Shown here: positions 49,701 through 63,070 of the stretch, piece after piece
How positions within the stretch are numbered: the stretch's first letter is position 1
How the letters are laid out: each line of letters starts with the position of its first letter
Notes under the pieces: model-generated
What the model saw: the letters and a program-made list of their open reading frames with translations, nothing else
What the model was told of the DNA's origin: nothing
Databases searched by the model: none
Assembly: GCA_030704615.1 (NCBI GenBank)
Contig: CM060734.1
Location: 7,440,001-7,504,000 of the forward strand
DNA from: Takakia lepidozioides
Lineage: Eukaryota > Plantae > Bryophyta
DNA length: 64,000 nucleotides
Direction of reading: 5' to 3'
Translations under genes and position numbers: made by a program

Positions 49701-50245
49701 TCAACACAGCGGGCATTAAGGAGCAACATGGTTGATCTGTTTTCCACACGCATACATCATTCTGCTACATGGACCGGACGGAAGTTGAAGCCTCGGATGA
49801 TGACAACCTGCCACTACAATTCCACCTTAACCGACGTGTTGTGCAACAGACCCGTGGTTCCTCACATGCCGGACCATCTAATGCCGGTCCATCTCAGGCA
49901 GTCCCCCCTCTAGTACATCCTTCGAGACCACCTTCGATTGTGTCCCAAGTCCATAAACGACAGAGAACAGTCCAACCTTTTGTAGGCGATCGGCCCACAA
50001 ACAGGCCAGATACCGTGGATGGTATTCAAGACCGGAGCGGGAGTCGACCTCAGAGAGAACTAAATGTGGTTCAAGGTCGCTTGCAGATTCAAAGGCCTGG
50101 ACATATGAGGTCGGATAGGGAGGACGATTCCAGCACTGATCATGGCAACGGTGGTGAAGTCGAGGGTGACCCGGATTTTCAATCCATCGGAGCATTAGGA
50201 TTAGGATCTTCTTCGTCTCACCGTCGAAGCAATAGAAGGAATTGA
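46702..50245 (+). pseudogene. hAT transposase (BED finger, DUF659, dimerization domain, acidic tail), disrupted
   Basis: VECNLC..LLAHL, FFEANIPFN, CADGWS, ICTDNAAN, CAAHILDL, ETRF, EWW, CSASSCERNWS; resumes as VHNKIRNRL..KLVYVYTN after an insertion. Confidence 0.92.
48538..49095 (+). mobile_element. LTR-like insertion splitting the hAT dimerization domain
   Basis: Interrupts ERNWS/VHNKIRNRL; homologous to the reverse complement of 3640-3770. Confidence 0.7.
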
Positions 50246-50514
50246 AGCAAAACAGCTATAGGCATGCATCTGCACTTTTTAGTTGACATGTTTATATTTA
50301 TGTACTGAAGTAATACCAATGTGATCATTGTCACTATGAGTATTTGTATTGTTGTTGTGTATGTGTTGGAAAATAAAAGATGTTGCCCATGTGTATACCA
50401 GCCAAAATGTCGGCCAAAGGCACCGTCACTTGCTCATGTTTGTGTTCGGTGATTTGTTTGTGGAATGAAGAACAATTGGGTCATGCTTCCAACTGTGCAT
50501 TCATTTTTATTTAA

Positions 50515-52033
50515 ATGGAGCGACCGCCAAGGTGGCGGTCGCTTCTACTAAGTGTGACCTGCGCATGGAGCGAGGAGTGAGGCGGGGGGAAGGGGGGCAT
50601 ATAAGCTCCGGGACATTCTCCCCTCACTTTGCTTGAAGTTTTTTTTTGTTTTTATAAATACCGCCATTACTTAGCGGTTGCTTTTATTTTAATTATTTTG
50701 GAAATGAAGCGACCGCCTATGTTGGCGGTCACTTATTTATTTTAAATGTTTTGAAAATGAAGCGACCGCCTATGCTGGCGGTCGCTAATTTTTTTTCATT
50801 TTTTTTTAATGAAACAACCGCCTATGTTGGCAGTCGCTTATTTTTTTTTAAGTTTTTGAAAATGAAGCGAGTGCCTATGTTGGCGGTCGTTTTTTTTTTT
50901 TTAAGTTCTTGAAAATGAAGTGACCGCCTATGTTGGCGATCGCTTATTTATTTTAAATGTTTTGAAAATGAAGCGACCGCCTATGTTGGCGGTCCCTTAT
51001 TTATTTTAATTTTTTTTTAAAGAAGCGACCGCCTATGTTGGCGGTCGCTTATTTATTATAAATGTTTTGAAAATGAAGCGACCGCCTATGCTGGAGGTCG
51101 CTTATTTTTTTTAAATTTTTTTTTAATGAAGCGACCGCCTATGTTGGCGGTCGCTTATTTATTTTAAATGTTTTGAAAATGAAGCGACCGCCTATGCTGG
51201 CGGTCGCTTATTTATTTTATTTTATTTTTTAATGAAGCGACCGCCTATGTTGGCGGTTGCTTATTTTTTTTTAAGTTTTTGAAAATGAAGCGACCGCCTA
51301 TGTTGACGGTCACTTATTTTTTTTAAATGTTTTGAAAATGAAGCGACCGCCTATGCTGGCGGTCGCTTATTTTTTTTAAAGTTTGTGAAAATGAAGCGAC
51401 CGCCAATGTTGGCGGTCGCTTATTTATTTTAAATGTTTTGAAAATGAAGCGACCGCCTATGCTGGCGGTCGCTTATTTTTTTTAATTTTTTAAAAATGAA
51501 GCGACCGCCTAGGTTGGCGGTCGCTTATTTATTTTAAATGAAGCGACCGCATATGTTGGCGGTCGTTTTTTATTATTATTATTTTGAAAATCAAGCGACC
51601 GCCTATGTGGGGGTCGCTTAATTTTTTTAATTTTTTTAAAATGAAGCGACCGCCTATGTTGGCGGTCGCCTATTTATTTTTAATTTTTTAAATGAAGCGA
51701 CCGCCTATGTTGGCGGTCGCTTATTTTTTTTAAAGTTTTTGAAAATGAAGCGATCGCCTATGTTGGCGGTCGCTTATTTATTCTAAATGTTTTGAAAATG
51801 AAGCGACCGCCTATGTTGGTGGTCGCTTATTTTTTTTATTTGCGGAAAATGGAGCGACCGCCTGTTGTGGCGGTCGTTTTTTTTTTTCTTCCCGGAAAAT
51901 GGAGCGACCACCAGTTCTGGCAGTCACTGTTTTTTTATTTATCCGGAAAATGGAGCGACCACCAGTTCTGGCGGTCGCTTATTTTTTTATTTTCCAGAAA
52001 ATCGTGCGACCGCCAAGTTGCCGGTCGCTTCTA
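50515..52033. repeat. Right subterminal tandem array, ~53-bp period, GCGACCGCCTATGTTGGCGGTCGC + T/A tracts
   Basis: Starts 50709, 50762, 50814, 50867, 50920, 50973, 51025, 51078 ... 51803, 51854. Confidence 0.95.
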
Positions 52034-52401
52034 GAAGATTCGCCCTGCACGTGGCCCGAGAAATGAGGGCGGGGGGGGGGTATGAGCCAAGGGAGGCTTA
52101 TTCTCCTCTCACTTCCTCTCCACACAACTTTTGTGTGCGTGACATTTCATTATTCCACGATACGTAGTCAGGTGGAGAAGGAGGCCATTGGTTGGGTGGG
52201 GGGTATTTTTTGCCGCGAATTCTGTGAAATCGTTGCAGAATGCTCCCATAGGCCCTCCTCTGGCTTCCAGGATCATTTTAATCTACAAAATTAGCTTTTA
52301 GGAAGTATTTTGACACCTACTCAAACCTACTTAACGGGGGAAAGGTTTAGAGTTACGTCTTTTTAGAAAACCTCGTTTAGTGTTGCTCCAATTGTTGTAG
52401 A

Positions 52402-54533
52402 ATGGCAGAGGGCCAAGACGATGACCGTCATGGAAGAGATGACCCCAATGAACATGGACCGCCCCCTAAGAAAATCAAAGGGTCAAGGCAAGACTTGAAT
52501 TGGGAAGTATTTGGTGACCCTAGCATACTAACAGAAGAGGGCTGGGAGGATGTTCCGGAAGAGTTCTGGTGGCTGATGGCGAGATGCAAAAAATTCGTGA
52601 AATGGTACCACATCAATCGATTGTGGCCTTTGGATAGGCATGACGTGCAAACCCGAAACAATTACGCAGAGTCCAGGTCTTGCACGAACGATCATTTCCA
52701 GCATAGGGCGAATGAGGTGCATTGCACATTGTGGGATCAACCTCTCTTAAAGGGTCAAATCCCGTATACCTGCGCATAGCCGAGTTGGAAGCTACATTGC
52801 AAGACATACATCCAAACAATGAAGACACTGTTGTCCACAATGAGGATCAAACAAACGTCGTGGACATGGACGCGGAGTTTGCGATGCCCGATCGCAGTAT
52901 TGATCTCATCATTCAGGAAATTACAGACGTCCTTGACCCTGTGGCCGATGAAACCATGGTTGATGAACAACGAATTGCGGATGAGAGAAGGAGGAAAGGA
53001 AAAGAACCAGTACTGGAAACCGGGGAATGCTTGAGGGTCGCCATTCAATCGGAGATGAACCCGATATTAGATGTCGACCGCGTTACAAAGGAGCGGGACA
53101 TTGCCATGGCAACTGCATGGCGTTTGTCCAAAACGTTGGAGATTCAGGCATGGGTCCCATTGAATGGCGATTGGGAGAATTGGGTACAATGGGCGACCCA
53201 TTTGGCCTCCAGAGAAGCACGGGTAGAGCGGCCACTGTCAGGCTTGCAACGTGTCGCACGCATGTCAAACCGTAGCGTGGATAGCATTTATGCCAACATG
53301 CAAAGGTATAACGATCTCCGCATCGCATCAAGCGTGTTCGCCGGGGAAACCAATTGGGCAGATGTGGATTCTATGTTCGATCGATGTGAGCACAGAATTT
53401 CGGGGTCGAACATAAGCATAAACTGGGAATTGGAGATAGAGGAAGAGTGGGACACCACAAGAAAAATGACCAGCCACATCAAACCGGCCCAGATGGAGGA
53501 GATACCACGAGGCGTTTTGCCGTCATGGATTTTCAGATGGCACAGTTTGTTCGATGTGTAGGAATCCATACGGCCCACAGGGATGTTATGTGTTTGGATC
53601 ATGTGGACATATGTTCTATCTCACATGTTTTATCCCGCAAGCCTTGGGGATGAGCGCTTGCCCAGAATGCCGTACACCAATCCATCGCCGTTTCTATGAG
53701 CTGGTGGGCTTGGAGGATCGGATGCCCATAGGTTTTGAATACAATCGACACAACCTCCCATTGGATGGGCTACCATACACATTTCTGAATTGTGTGCATT
53801 GGGACAAGAACTTGGTATGGGATGCAGACAGAGAGATGCATGGCATACATGCCGGAAACCAGACATACATCAAAGATCCCCAGTACTTCTGGGTCACATG
53901 TGATTGAGAGATAACCATACGTGCGGGAGGTATTCGAGATTGGTGGGAGAGATAGCAGTTTTGCCGCAATCTGGGAGGGCATTGGAGTCAAAGAAGGTCC
54001 AGGTTTATCCGGCTCCCACAGGTTCCATGGGTACCGGAAGAGAACAAATTGTATGACCGACAACCGATTAGGAGACATTTGTTGCTGTCCGAACTGGAAG
54101 ATGCTATAATATGTCAACGCCGAATGAATGATACGAGGCGGCTTATCGTCGAAACAACACAATGATTAGGGACAGGGCTCGCGAGAGGCAGTTGGAAAGT
54201 TTCAAAAGTACCATCAAGGCAGTTGTAGAGAAATGGAGGCGATTATGGACAGACCGTTATCATCGTGTTTCGGGGGCTGTATTGCCAGATGTGGACGGCC
54301 TCGTTGTCGATTTGCATACAGCCCGAGCACTTGTTCTCGATCCACCTCCGCCACGTCGTGAGAGTGAAGAAGAATGTCAACTTTCGCCGCGAAGTAGGCG
54401 GATGCATGCCAGAATTGATCACATGTCATTGGGCCCCTCATTGACCACGAGATCACGGTCGCAAGCTCTGGCAATTGGCAGTGCAAATCAAGCCACAACA
54501 TCAAATTTCACATCCTCGGACAGTGACGACTAG
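52402..54533 (+). pseudogene. Intronless RING-finger protein gene, disrupted
   Basis: CSMC..CGHMFYLTC..CPECR at ~53548-53673; ORF pieces joined by frameshifts and stops. Confidence 0.7.
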
Positions 54534-54889
54534 GCTTTGAATGACTGGCAGCATAATACATACACAATATGCATTTTTGCTGTACCTTGAATATTGTTCG
54601 AAAATACAGTGATGACATTCCGCCAAGTTTGTATATGGGGAAAAAATAGTTCACCCTGTAAACAAATTTACAATGGTGTCATATTTGGTCATGACGTGTA
54701 TGTAGGTATTTGCAATGAACTCCGAAAGCTGGAGAACAAGGAAAATTGATGTTAACAAATAAATTATAACGAGTTACGAACGGTCCTCTTCCAAACAAAT
54801 TTCGTCTGGTCCCTGCGTATTTCATAATCATTTCACAAAATCTATGATCTTTCTACGAACATACCCACAAAATTCTCAAAGCACAAAAT

Positions 54890-57800
54890 AATTTCGATTG
54901 ATCTCCTATTACACTGGACGTATCAGAGGGTACATTGAACACACTGGCCAAGTTTCAAAGCGAACGAAAATCATTTGGATGGGCAACCATCCGTTGGCCC
55001 ATTGAACAAATTTTGATTGATCTCATATTACTCTGGGGCCTCTTACATGGCACATTGAACATAGTGGCCAAGTCTCAAAGCGAACCAAAATCATTTCGAT
55101 GGCCAACCATCCGTTGAGCCATTGAATGAATTTTGATTGATCTGATATTAGTCCTAGACCTGTGAGAGTGTGTCTGGAACGTGCTGGCAAAGTTTGGAAG
55201 CTAACAAAAATGATTTGCATGGGCCGTTCACCCGTTGAATGTATTCTATTGGAGCTGCTATTGCTTTGGGACCTGTTGGACTGTGTTTCGCGTGCTCACG
55301 ATTTTTTTTTTTCATTCCATTTTTTAATGGGGCATGTAATGTAGCCATATGCAATGTGCGTGCCAAATTTGGGAGCGATCAAAATTCATTTGGACCCAAA
55401 ACGAGAGTTTCTTCCTTGTTTTGCACTCCAAACTTCATTTGTATTCTACTTCATGCACTCTTCATAGAGAGTTCTGCAATAGTGAGCGAAAGAGAACGCT
55501 TTTTTTTTGGGGCATTTTTTATTGGTTCAAATTTTGGCGGCGGAGTAGCCATGGGATGTTGGAAGCCGCGGAACAAAATTGAGCCAAAAACAAAATCGTT
55601 ACGTGCCAGAAACCCCCACTGAAAGGCAGTGCAAACCTATTTCTTGGCTTAAAATAAATTGAAATTCAGTTAAATTGTGGAATGGCTTGAGGGGGAGCGT
55701 CGATGGCGAGGCAACTGATATATCTGTTTGTTGTGTCTCCGCACATATGTCGCACACATGTTCAAGCACATGTGGGCAAAAGAGGGGTTTGAACCACATC
55801 CGTTCAATGGGTGCAATAGCCGTGCACGCATTGCAGGATTTCTTTTTCGCATTGAACAAAAACCAGATGACAAGTGAACGCCTCATTGGACAATCGAATG
55901 ATTTTCGATTGATGTCGTATTACAATGGGACGTATCAGAGGGTACATTGAACACACTGGCCAAGTTTCAAAGTGAACGAAAATCATTTGGATGGGCAACC
56001 ATCCGTTGGCCCATTGAGCGAATTTTGATTGATCTCATATTACTCTGGGGCCTCTTACATGGCACATTGAACATAGTGGCCAAGTCTCAAAGCGAACCAA
56101 AATCATTTCGATGGCCAACCATCCGTTGAGCCATCGAATGAATTTCGATTGATCTGATATTAGTCCGGGACCTGTGAGAGGGTGTCTGGAACGTGCTGGC
56201 AAAGTTTGGAACCTAACAAAAATGAGTTGGATGGGCAACCATCCGTTCACCCGTTGAATGTATTTTGTTGGAGCTGCTATTGCTTTGGGACCTGTTGGAC
56301 TGTGTTTCGCGTGCTCACGATTTTTTTTTCATTCCGTTTTTGAATGGGCGGTGTAATGTAGCCATATGGAACGTGCGTGCCAAATTTGGGAGCGATCCAA
56401 AAAACATTTGGACCCAAAACGAGAGTTTCTTCCCTGTTTTGCACTCCAAACTTGATTTGTGTTCTATTTCATACTTTATTTATAGAGAGTTATGCAATAG
56501 TGAGCGAAAGAGAACACTTTTTTTTTGGGGCATTTTTGATTGGTCCAAATTTTGGCGGGGGAGTAGCCGTGGGATGCTGGAAGCCGCGGAACAAAATTGA
56601 GCCAAAAACAAAATCGATACGTGCCAGAAACCCCCAATGAAAGGCAGTGCAAACCTATTTCTTGGCTTAAAATAAATTGAAATTCAATTAAATTGTGGAA
56701 TGGCTTGAAGGAGTGCGTCGATGGGGAGGCAATTGATATATTCGTCTGTTGTGTCTCCGCACATGTGTCGCACACATGTTCAAGCACATGCGGGCAAAAG
56801 AGGGGTTTCAACCACATCCGTTCAATGGGTTCAATAGCCCTGCACGCATTGCAGGATTTTTTTTCTCATTGAACAAAAACCAGATGACAAGTGAACGCCT
56901 CATTGGACAATCGAACGATTTTCGATTGATCTCGTATCACACCGGGACGTATCAGAGGGTACATTGAACACACTGGCCAAGTTTCAAAGCGAATGAAAAT
57001 CATTTGGATGGGCAACCATCCGTTGGCCCATTGAACAAATTTTGATTGATCTCATATTACTCTGGGGCCTCTTACATGGCACATTGAACATAGTGGCCAA
57101 GTCTCAAAGCGAACCAAAATCATTTCGATGGCCAACCATCCGTTGAGGCAACGAATGAATTTCAATTGATCTGATATTAGTCCAGGTCCTGTGAGAGGGT
57201 GTCTGGAACGTGCTGGCAAAGTTTGGAACCTAACAAAAATGATTTGAATGGGCAACCATCCGTTCACCCGTTGAATGTATTCTGTTGGAGCTGCTATTGC
57301 TTTGGGACTTGTTGGACTGTGTTTGCGTGCTCACGATTTTTTTTTCATTCCGTTTTTGAATGGGCGGTGTAATGTAGCCATATGGAATGTGCGTTGCCAA
57401 ATTTGGGAGCGATCCAAAAAACATTTGGACCCAAAACGAGAGTTTCTTCCCTGTTTTGCACTCCAAACTTGATTTGTGTTCTATTTCATACTTTATTTAT
57501 AGAGAGTTATGCAATAGTGAGCGAAAGAGAAACACTTTTTTTTTGGGCATTTTGATTGGTCCAAATTTTGGCGGGGGAGTAGCCGTGGGATGCTGGAAGC
57601 CGCGGAACAAAATTGAGCCAAAAACAAAATCGATACGTGCCAGAAACCCCCAATGAAAGGCAGTGCAAACCTATTTCTTGGCTTAAAATAAATTGAAATT
57701 CAATTAAATTGTGGAATGGCTTGAAGGAGTGCGTCGATGGGGAGGCAATTGATATATTCGTCTGTTGTGTCTCCGCACATGTGTCGCACACATGTTCAAG

Positions 57801-60800
57801 CACATGCGGGCAAAAGAGGGATTTCAACCACATCCGTTCAATGGGTTCAATAGCCCTGCACGCATTGCAGGATTTTTTTTCTCATTGAACAAAAACCAGA
57901 TGACAAGTGAACGCCTCATTGGACAATCGAACGATTTTCGATTGATCTCGTATCACACCGGGACGTATCAGAGGGTACATTGAACACACAGGCCAAGTTT
58001 CAAAGCGAATGAAAATCATTTGGATGGGCAACCATCCGTTGGCCCATTGAACAAATTTTGATTGATCTCATATTACTCTGGGGCCTCTTACATGGCACAT
58101 TGAACATAGTGGCCAAGTCTCAAAGCGAACCAAAATCATTTCGATGGCCAACCATCCGTTGAGGCAACGAATGAATTTCAATTGATCTGATATTAGTCCA
58201 GGTCCTGTGAGAGGGTGTTTGGAACGTGCTGGCAAAGTTTGGAACCTAACAAAAATGATTTGAATGGGCAACCATCCGTTCACCCGTTGAATGTATTCTG
58301 TTGGAGCTGCTATTGCTTTGGGACTTGTTGGACTGTGTTTCGCGTGCTCACGATTTTTTTTTCATTCCGTTTTTGAATGGGCGGTGTAATGTAGCCATAT
58401 GGAACGTGCGTGCCAAATTTGGGAGCGATCCAAAAAACATTTGGACCCAAAACGAGAGTTTCTTCCCTGTTTTGCACTCCAAACTTGATTTGTGTTCTAT
58501 TTCATACTTTATTTATAGAGAGTTATGCAATAGTGAGCGAAAGAGAACACTTTTTTTTGGGGCATTTTTGATTGGTCCAAATTTTGGCGGGGGAGTAGCC
58601 GTGGGATGCTGGAAGCCGCGGAACAAAATTGAGCCAAAAAAAAAATCGATACGTGCCAGAAACCCCCAATGAAAGGCAGTGCAAACCTATTTCTTGGCTT
58701 AAAATAAATTGAAATTCAATTAAATTGTGGAATGGCTTGAAGGAGTGCGTCGATGGGGAGGCAATTGATATATTCGTCTGTTGTGTCTCCGCACATGTGT
58801 CGCACACATGTTCAAGCACATGCGGGCAAAAGAGGGGTTTCAACCACATCCGTTCAATGGGTTCAATAGCCCTGCACGCATTGCAGGATTTTTTTCTCAT
58901 TGAACAAAAACCAGATGACAAGTGAACGCCTCATTGGACAATCGAACGATTTTCGATTGATCTCGTATCACACCGGGACGTATCAGAGGGTACATTGAAC
59001 ACACAGGCCAAGTTTCAAAGCGAATGAAAATCATTTGGATGGGCAACCATCCGTTGGCCCATTGAACAAATTTTGATTGATCTCATATTACTCTGGGGCC
59101 TCTTACATGGCACATTGAACATAGTGGCCAAGTCTCAAAGCGAACCAAAATCATTTCGATGGCCAACCATCCGTTGAGGCAACGAATGAATTTCAATTGA
59201 TCTGATATTAGTCCAGGTCCTGTGAGAGGGTGTTTGGAACGTGCTGGCAAAGTTTGGAACCTAACAAAAATGATTTGAATGGGCAACCATCCGTTCACCC
59301 GTTGAATGTATTCTGTTGGAGCTGCTATTGCTTTGGGACTTGTTGGACTGTGTTTCGCGTGCTCACGATTTTTTTTTCATTCCGTTTTTGAATGGGCGGT
59401 GTAATGTAGCCATATGGAACGTGCGTGCCAAATTTGGGAGCGATCCAAAAAACATTTGGACCCAAAACGAGAGTTTCTTCCCTGTTTTGCACTCCAAACT
59501 TGATTTGTGTTCTATTTCATACTTTATTTATAGAGAGTTATGCAATAGTGAGCGAAAGAGAACACTTTTTTTTGGGGCATTTTTGATTGGTCCAAATTTT
59601 GGCGGGGGAGTAGCCGTGGGATGCTGGAAGCCGCGGAACAAAATTGAGCCAAAAAAAAAATCGATACGTGCCAGAAACCCCCAATGAAAGGCAGTGCAAA
59701 CCTATTTCTTGGCTTAAAATAAATTGAAATTCAATTAAATTGTGGAATGGCTTGAAGGAGTGCGTCGATGGGGAGGCAATTGATATATTCGTCTGTTGTG
59801 TCTCCGCACATGTGTCGCACACATGTTCAAGCACATGCGGGCAAAAGAGGGGTTTCAACCACATCCGTTCAATGGGTTCAATAGCCCTGCACGCATTGCA
59901 GGATTTTTTTTCTCATTGAACAAAAACCAGATGACAAGTGAACGCCTCATTGGACAATCGAACGATTTTCGATTGATCTCGTATCACACCGGGACGTATC
60001 AGAGGGTACATTGAACACACTGGCCAAGTTTCAAAGCGAATGAAAATCATTTGGATGGGCAACCATCCGTTGGCCCATTGAACAAATTTTGATTGATCTC
60101 ATATTACTCTGGGGCCTCTTACATGGCACATTGAACATAGTGGCCAAGTCTCAAAGCGAACCAAAATCATTTCGATGGCCAACCATCCGTTGAGGCAACG
60201 AATGAATTTCAATTGATCTGATATTAGTCCAGGTCCTGTGAGAGGGTGTTTGGAACGTGCTGGCAAAGTTTGGAACCTAACAAAAATGATTTGAATGGGC
60301 AACCATCCGTTCACCCGTTGAATGTATTCTGTTGGAGCTGCTATTGCTTTGGGACTTGTTGGACTGTGTTTCGCGTGCTCACGATTTTTTTTTCATTCCG
60401 TTTTTGAATGGGCGGTGTAATGTAGCCATATGGAACGTGCGTGCCAAATTTGGGAGCGATCCAAAAAACATTTGGACCCAAAACGAGAGTTTCTTCCCTG
60501 TTTTGCACTCCAAACTTGATTTGTGTTCTATTTCATACTTTATTTATAGAGAGTTATGCAATAGTGAGCGAAAGAGAACACTTTTTTTTTGGGGCATTTT
60601 TGATTGGTCCAAATTTTGGCGGGGGAGTAGCCGTGGGATGCTGGAAGCCGCGGAACAAAATTGAGCCAAAAACAAAATCGATACGTGCCAGAAACCCCCA
60701 ATGAAAGGCAGTGCAAACCTATTTCTTGGCTTAAAATAAATTGAAATTCAATTAAATTGTGGAATGGCTTGAAGGAGTGCGTCGATGGGGAGGCAATTGA

Positions 60801-63070
60801 TATATTCGTCTGTTGTGTCTCCGCACATGTGTCGCACACATGTTCAAGCACATGCGGGCAAAAGAGGGGTTTCAACCACATCCGTTCAATGGGTTCAATA
60901 GCCCTGCACGCATTGCAGGATTTTTTTTCTCATTGAACAAAAACCAGATGACAAGTGAACGCCTCATTGGACAATCGAACGATTTTCGATTGATCTCGTA
61001 TCACACCGGGACGTATCAGAGGGTACATTGAACACACTGGCCAAGTTTCAAAGCGAATGAAAATCATTTGGATGGGCAACCATCCGTTGGCCCATTGAAC
61101 AAATTTTGATTGATCTCATATTACTCTGGGGCCTCTTACATGGCACATTGAACATAGTGGCCAAGTCTCAAAGCGAACCAAAATCATTTCGATGGCCAAC
61201 CATCCGTTGAGGCAACGAATGAATTTCAATTGATCTGATATTAGTCCAGGTCCTGTGAGAGGGTGTTTGGAACGTGCTGGCAAAGTTTGGAACCTAACAA
61301 AAATGATTTGAATGGGCAACCATCCGTTCACCCGTTGAATGTATTCTGTTGGAGCTGCTATTGCTTTGGGACTTGTTGGACTGTGTTTCGCGTGCTCACG
61401 ATTTTTTTTTCATTCCGTTTTTGAATGGGCGGTGTAATGTAGCCATATGGAACGTGCGTGCCAAATTTGGGAGCGATCCAAAAAACATTTGGACCCAAAA
61501 CGAGAGTTTCTTCCCTGTTTTGCACTCCAAACTTGATTTGTGTTCTATTTCATACTTTATTTATAGAGAGTTATGCAATAGTGAGCGAAAGAGAACACTT
61601 TTTTTTGGGGCATTTTTGATTGGTCCAAATTTTGGCGGGGGAGTAGCCGTGGGATGCTGGAAGCCGCGGAACAAAATTGAGCCAAAAACAAAATCGATAC
61701 GTGCCAGAAACCCCCAATGAAAGGCAGTGCAAACCTATTTCTTGGCTTAAAATAAATTGAAATTCAATTAAATTGTGGAATGGCTTGAAGGAGTGCGTCG
61801 ATGGGGAGGCAATTGATATATTCGTCTGTTGTGTCTCCGCACATGTGTCGCACACATGTTCAAGCACATGCGGGCAAAAGAGGGGTTTCAACCACATCCG
61901 TTCAATGGGTTCAATAGCCCTGCACGCATTGCAGGATTTTTTTTCTCATTGAACAAAAACCAGATGACAAGTGAACGCCTCATTGGACAATCGAACGATT
62001 TTCGATTGATCTCGTATCACACCGGGACGTATCAGAGGGTACATTGAACACACTGGCCAAGTTTCAAAGCGAATGAAAATCATTTGGATGGGCAACCATC
62101 CGTTGGCCCATTGAACAAATTTTGATTGATCTCATATTACTCTGGGGCCTCTTACATGGCACATTGAACATAGTGGCCAAGTCTCAAAGCGAACCAAAAT
62201 CATTTCGATGGCCAACCATCCGTTGAGGCAACGAATGAATTTCAATTGATCTGATATTAGTCCAGGTCCTGTGAGAGGGTGTTTGGAACGTGCTGGCAAA
62301 GTTTGGAACCTAACAAAAATGATTTGAATGGGCAACCATCCGTTCACCCGTTGAATGTATTCTGTTGGAGCTGCTATTGCTTTGGGACTTGTTGGACTGT
62401 GTTTCGCGTGCTCACGATTTTTTTTTCATTCCGTTTTTGAATGGGCGGTGTAATGTAGCCATATGGAACGTGCGTGCCAAATTTGGGAGCGATCCAAAAA
62501 ACATTTGGACCCAAAACGAGAGTTTCTTCCCTGTTTTGCACTCCAAACTTGATTTGTGTTCTATTTCATACTTTATTTATAGAGAGTTATGCAATAGTGA
62601 GCGAAAGAGAACACTTTTTTTTTGGGGCATTTTTGATTGGTCCAAATTTTGGCGGGGGAGTAGCCGTGGGATGCTGGAAGCCGCGGAACAAAATTGAGCC
62701 AAAAACAAAATCGATACGTGCCAGAAACCCCCAATGAAAGGCAGTGCAAACCTATTTCTTGGCTTAAAATAAATTGAAATTCAATTAAATTGTGGAATGG
62801 CTTGAGGGGGGAGCGCGTCGATGGGGTGACAAATGATATATTCGTTTGTTGTGTCTCCGCACATGCGTCGCACACATGTTCAAGCACATGCGGGCAAAAG
62901 AGGTTCAATGGGTGCAATAGCCGTGCACGCATTGCAGGATTTTTTTTTCGCATTGAATAAAAACCACATGACAAGTGAACGCCTCATTGGACAATCGAAC
63001 GATTTTCGATTGATCTCGTATCACACCGGGACGTATCAGAGGGTACATTGAACACACTGGCCAAGTTTCA
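54890..63070. repeat. Tandem macrosatellite, ~1016-bp unit, ~8 copies, with internal ~120-bp subrepeats
   Basis: acgtatcagagggtacattg recurs at ~54918, 55930, 56947, 57963, 58978, 59994, 61011, 62027, 63031; identical ORFs repeat in the track. Confidence 0.97.

Larger units (their letters stand above)
44590..52033 (+). mobile_element. hAT DNA transposon with long subterminal palindrome arrays
   Basis: hAT transposase flanked on both sides by the same 23-bp palindrome; right end ...ggtcgcttcta; left end not resolved. Confidence 0.8.

Noticed and set aside
54935-63051. Many repeated 60-130 aa ORFs
   Set aside because: By-products of the tandem repeat; frames change with homopolymer length and show no domain motifs
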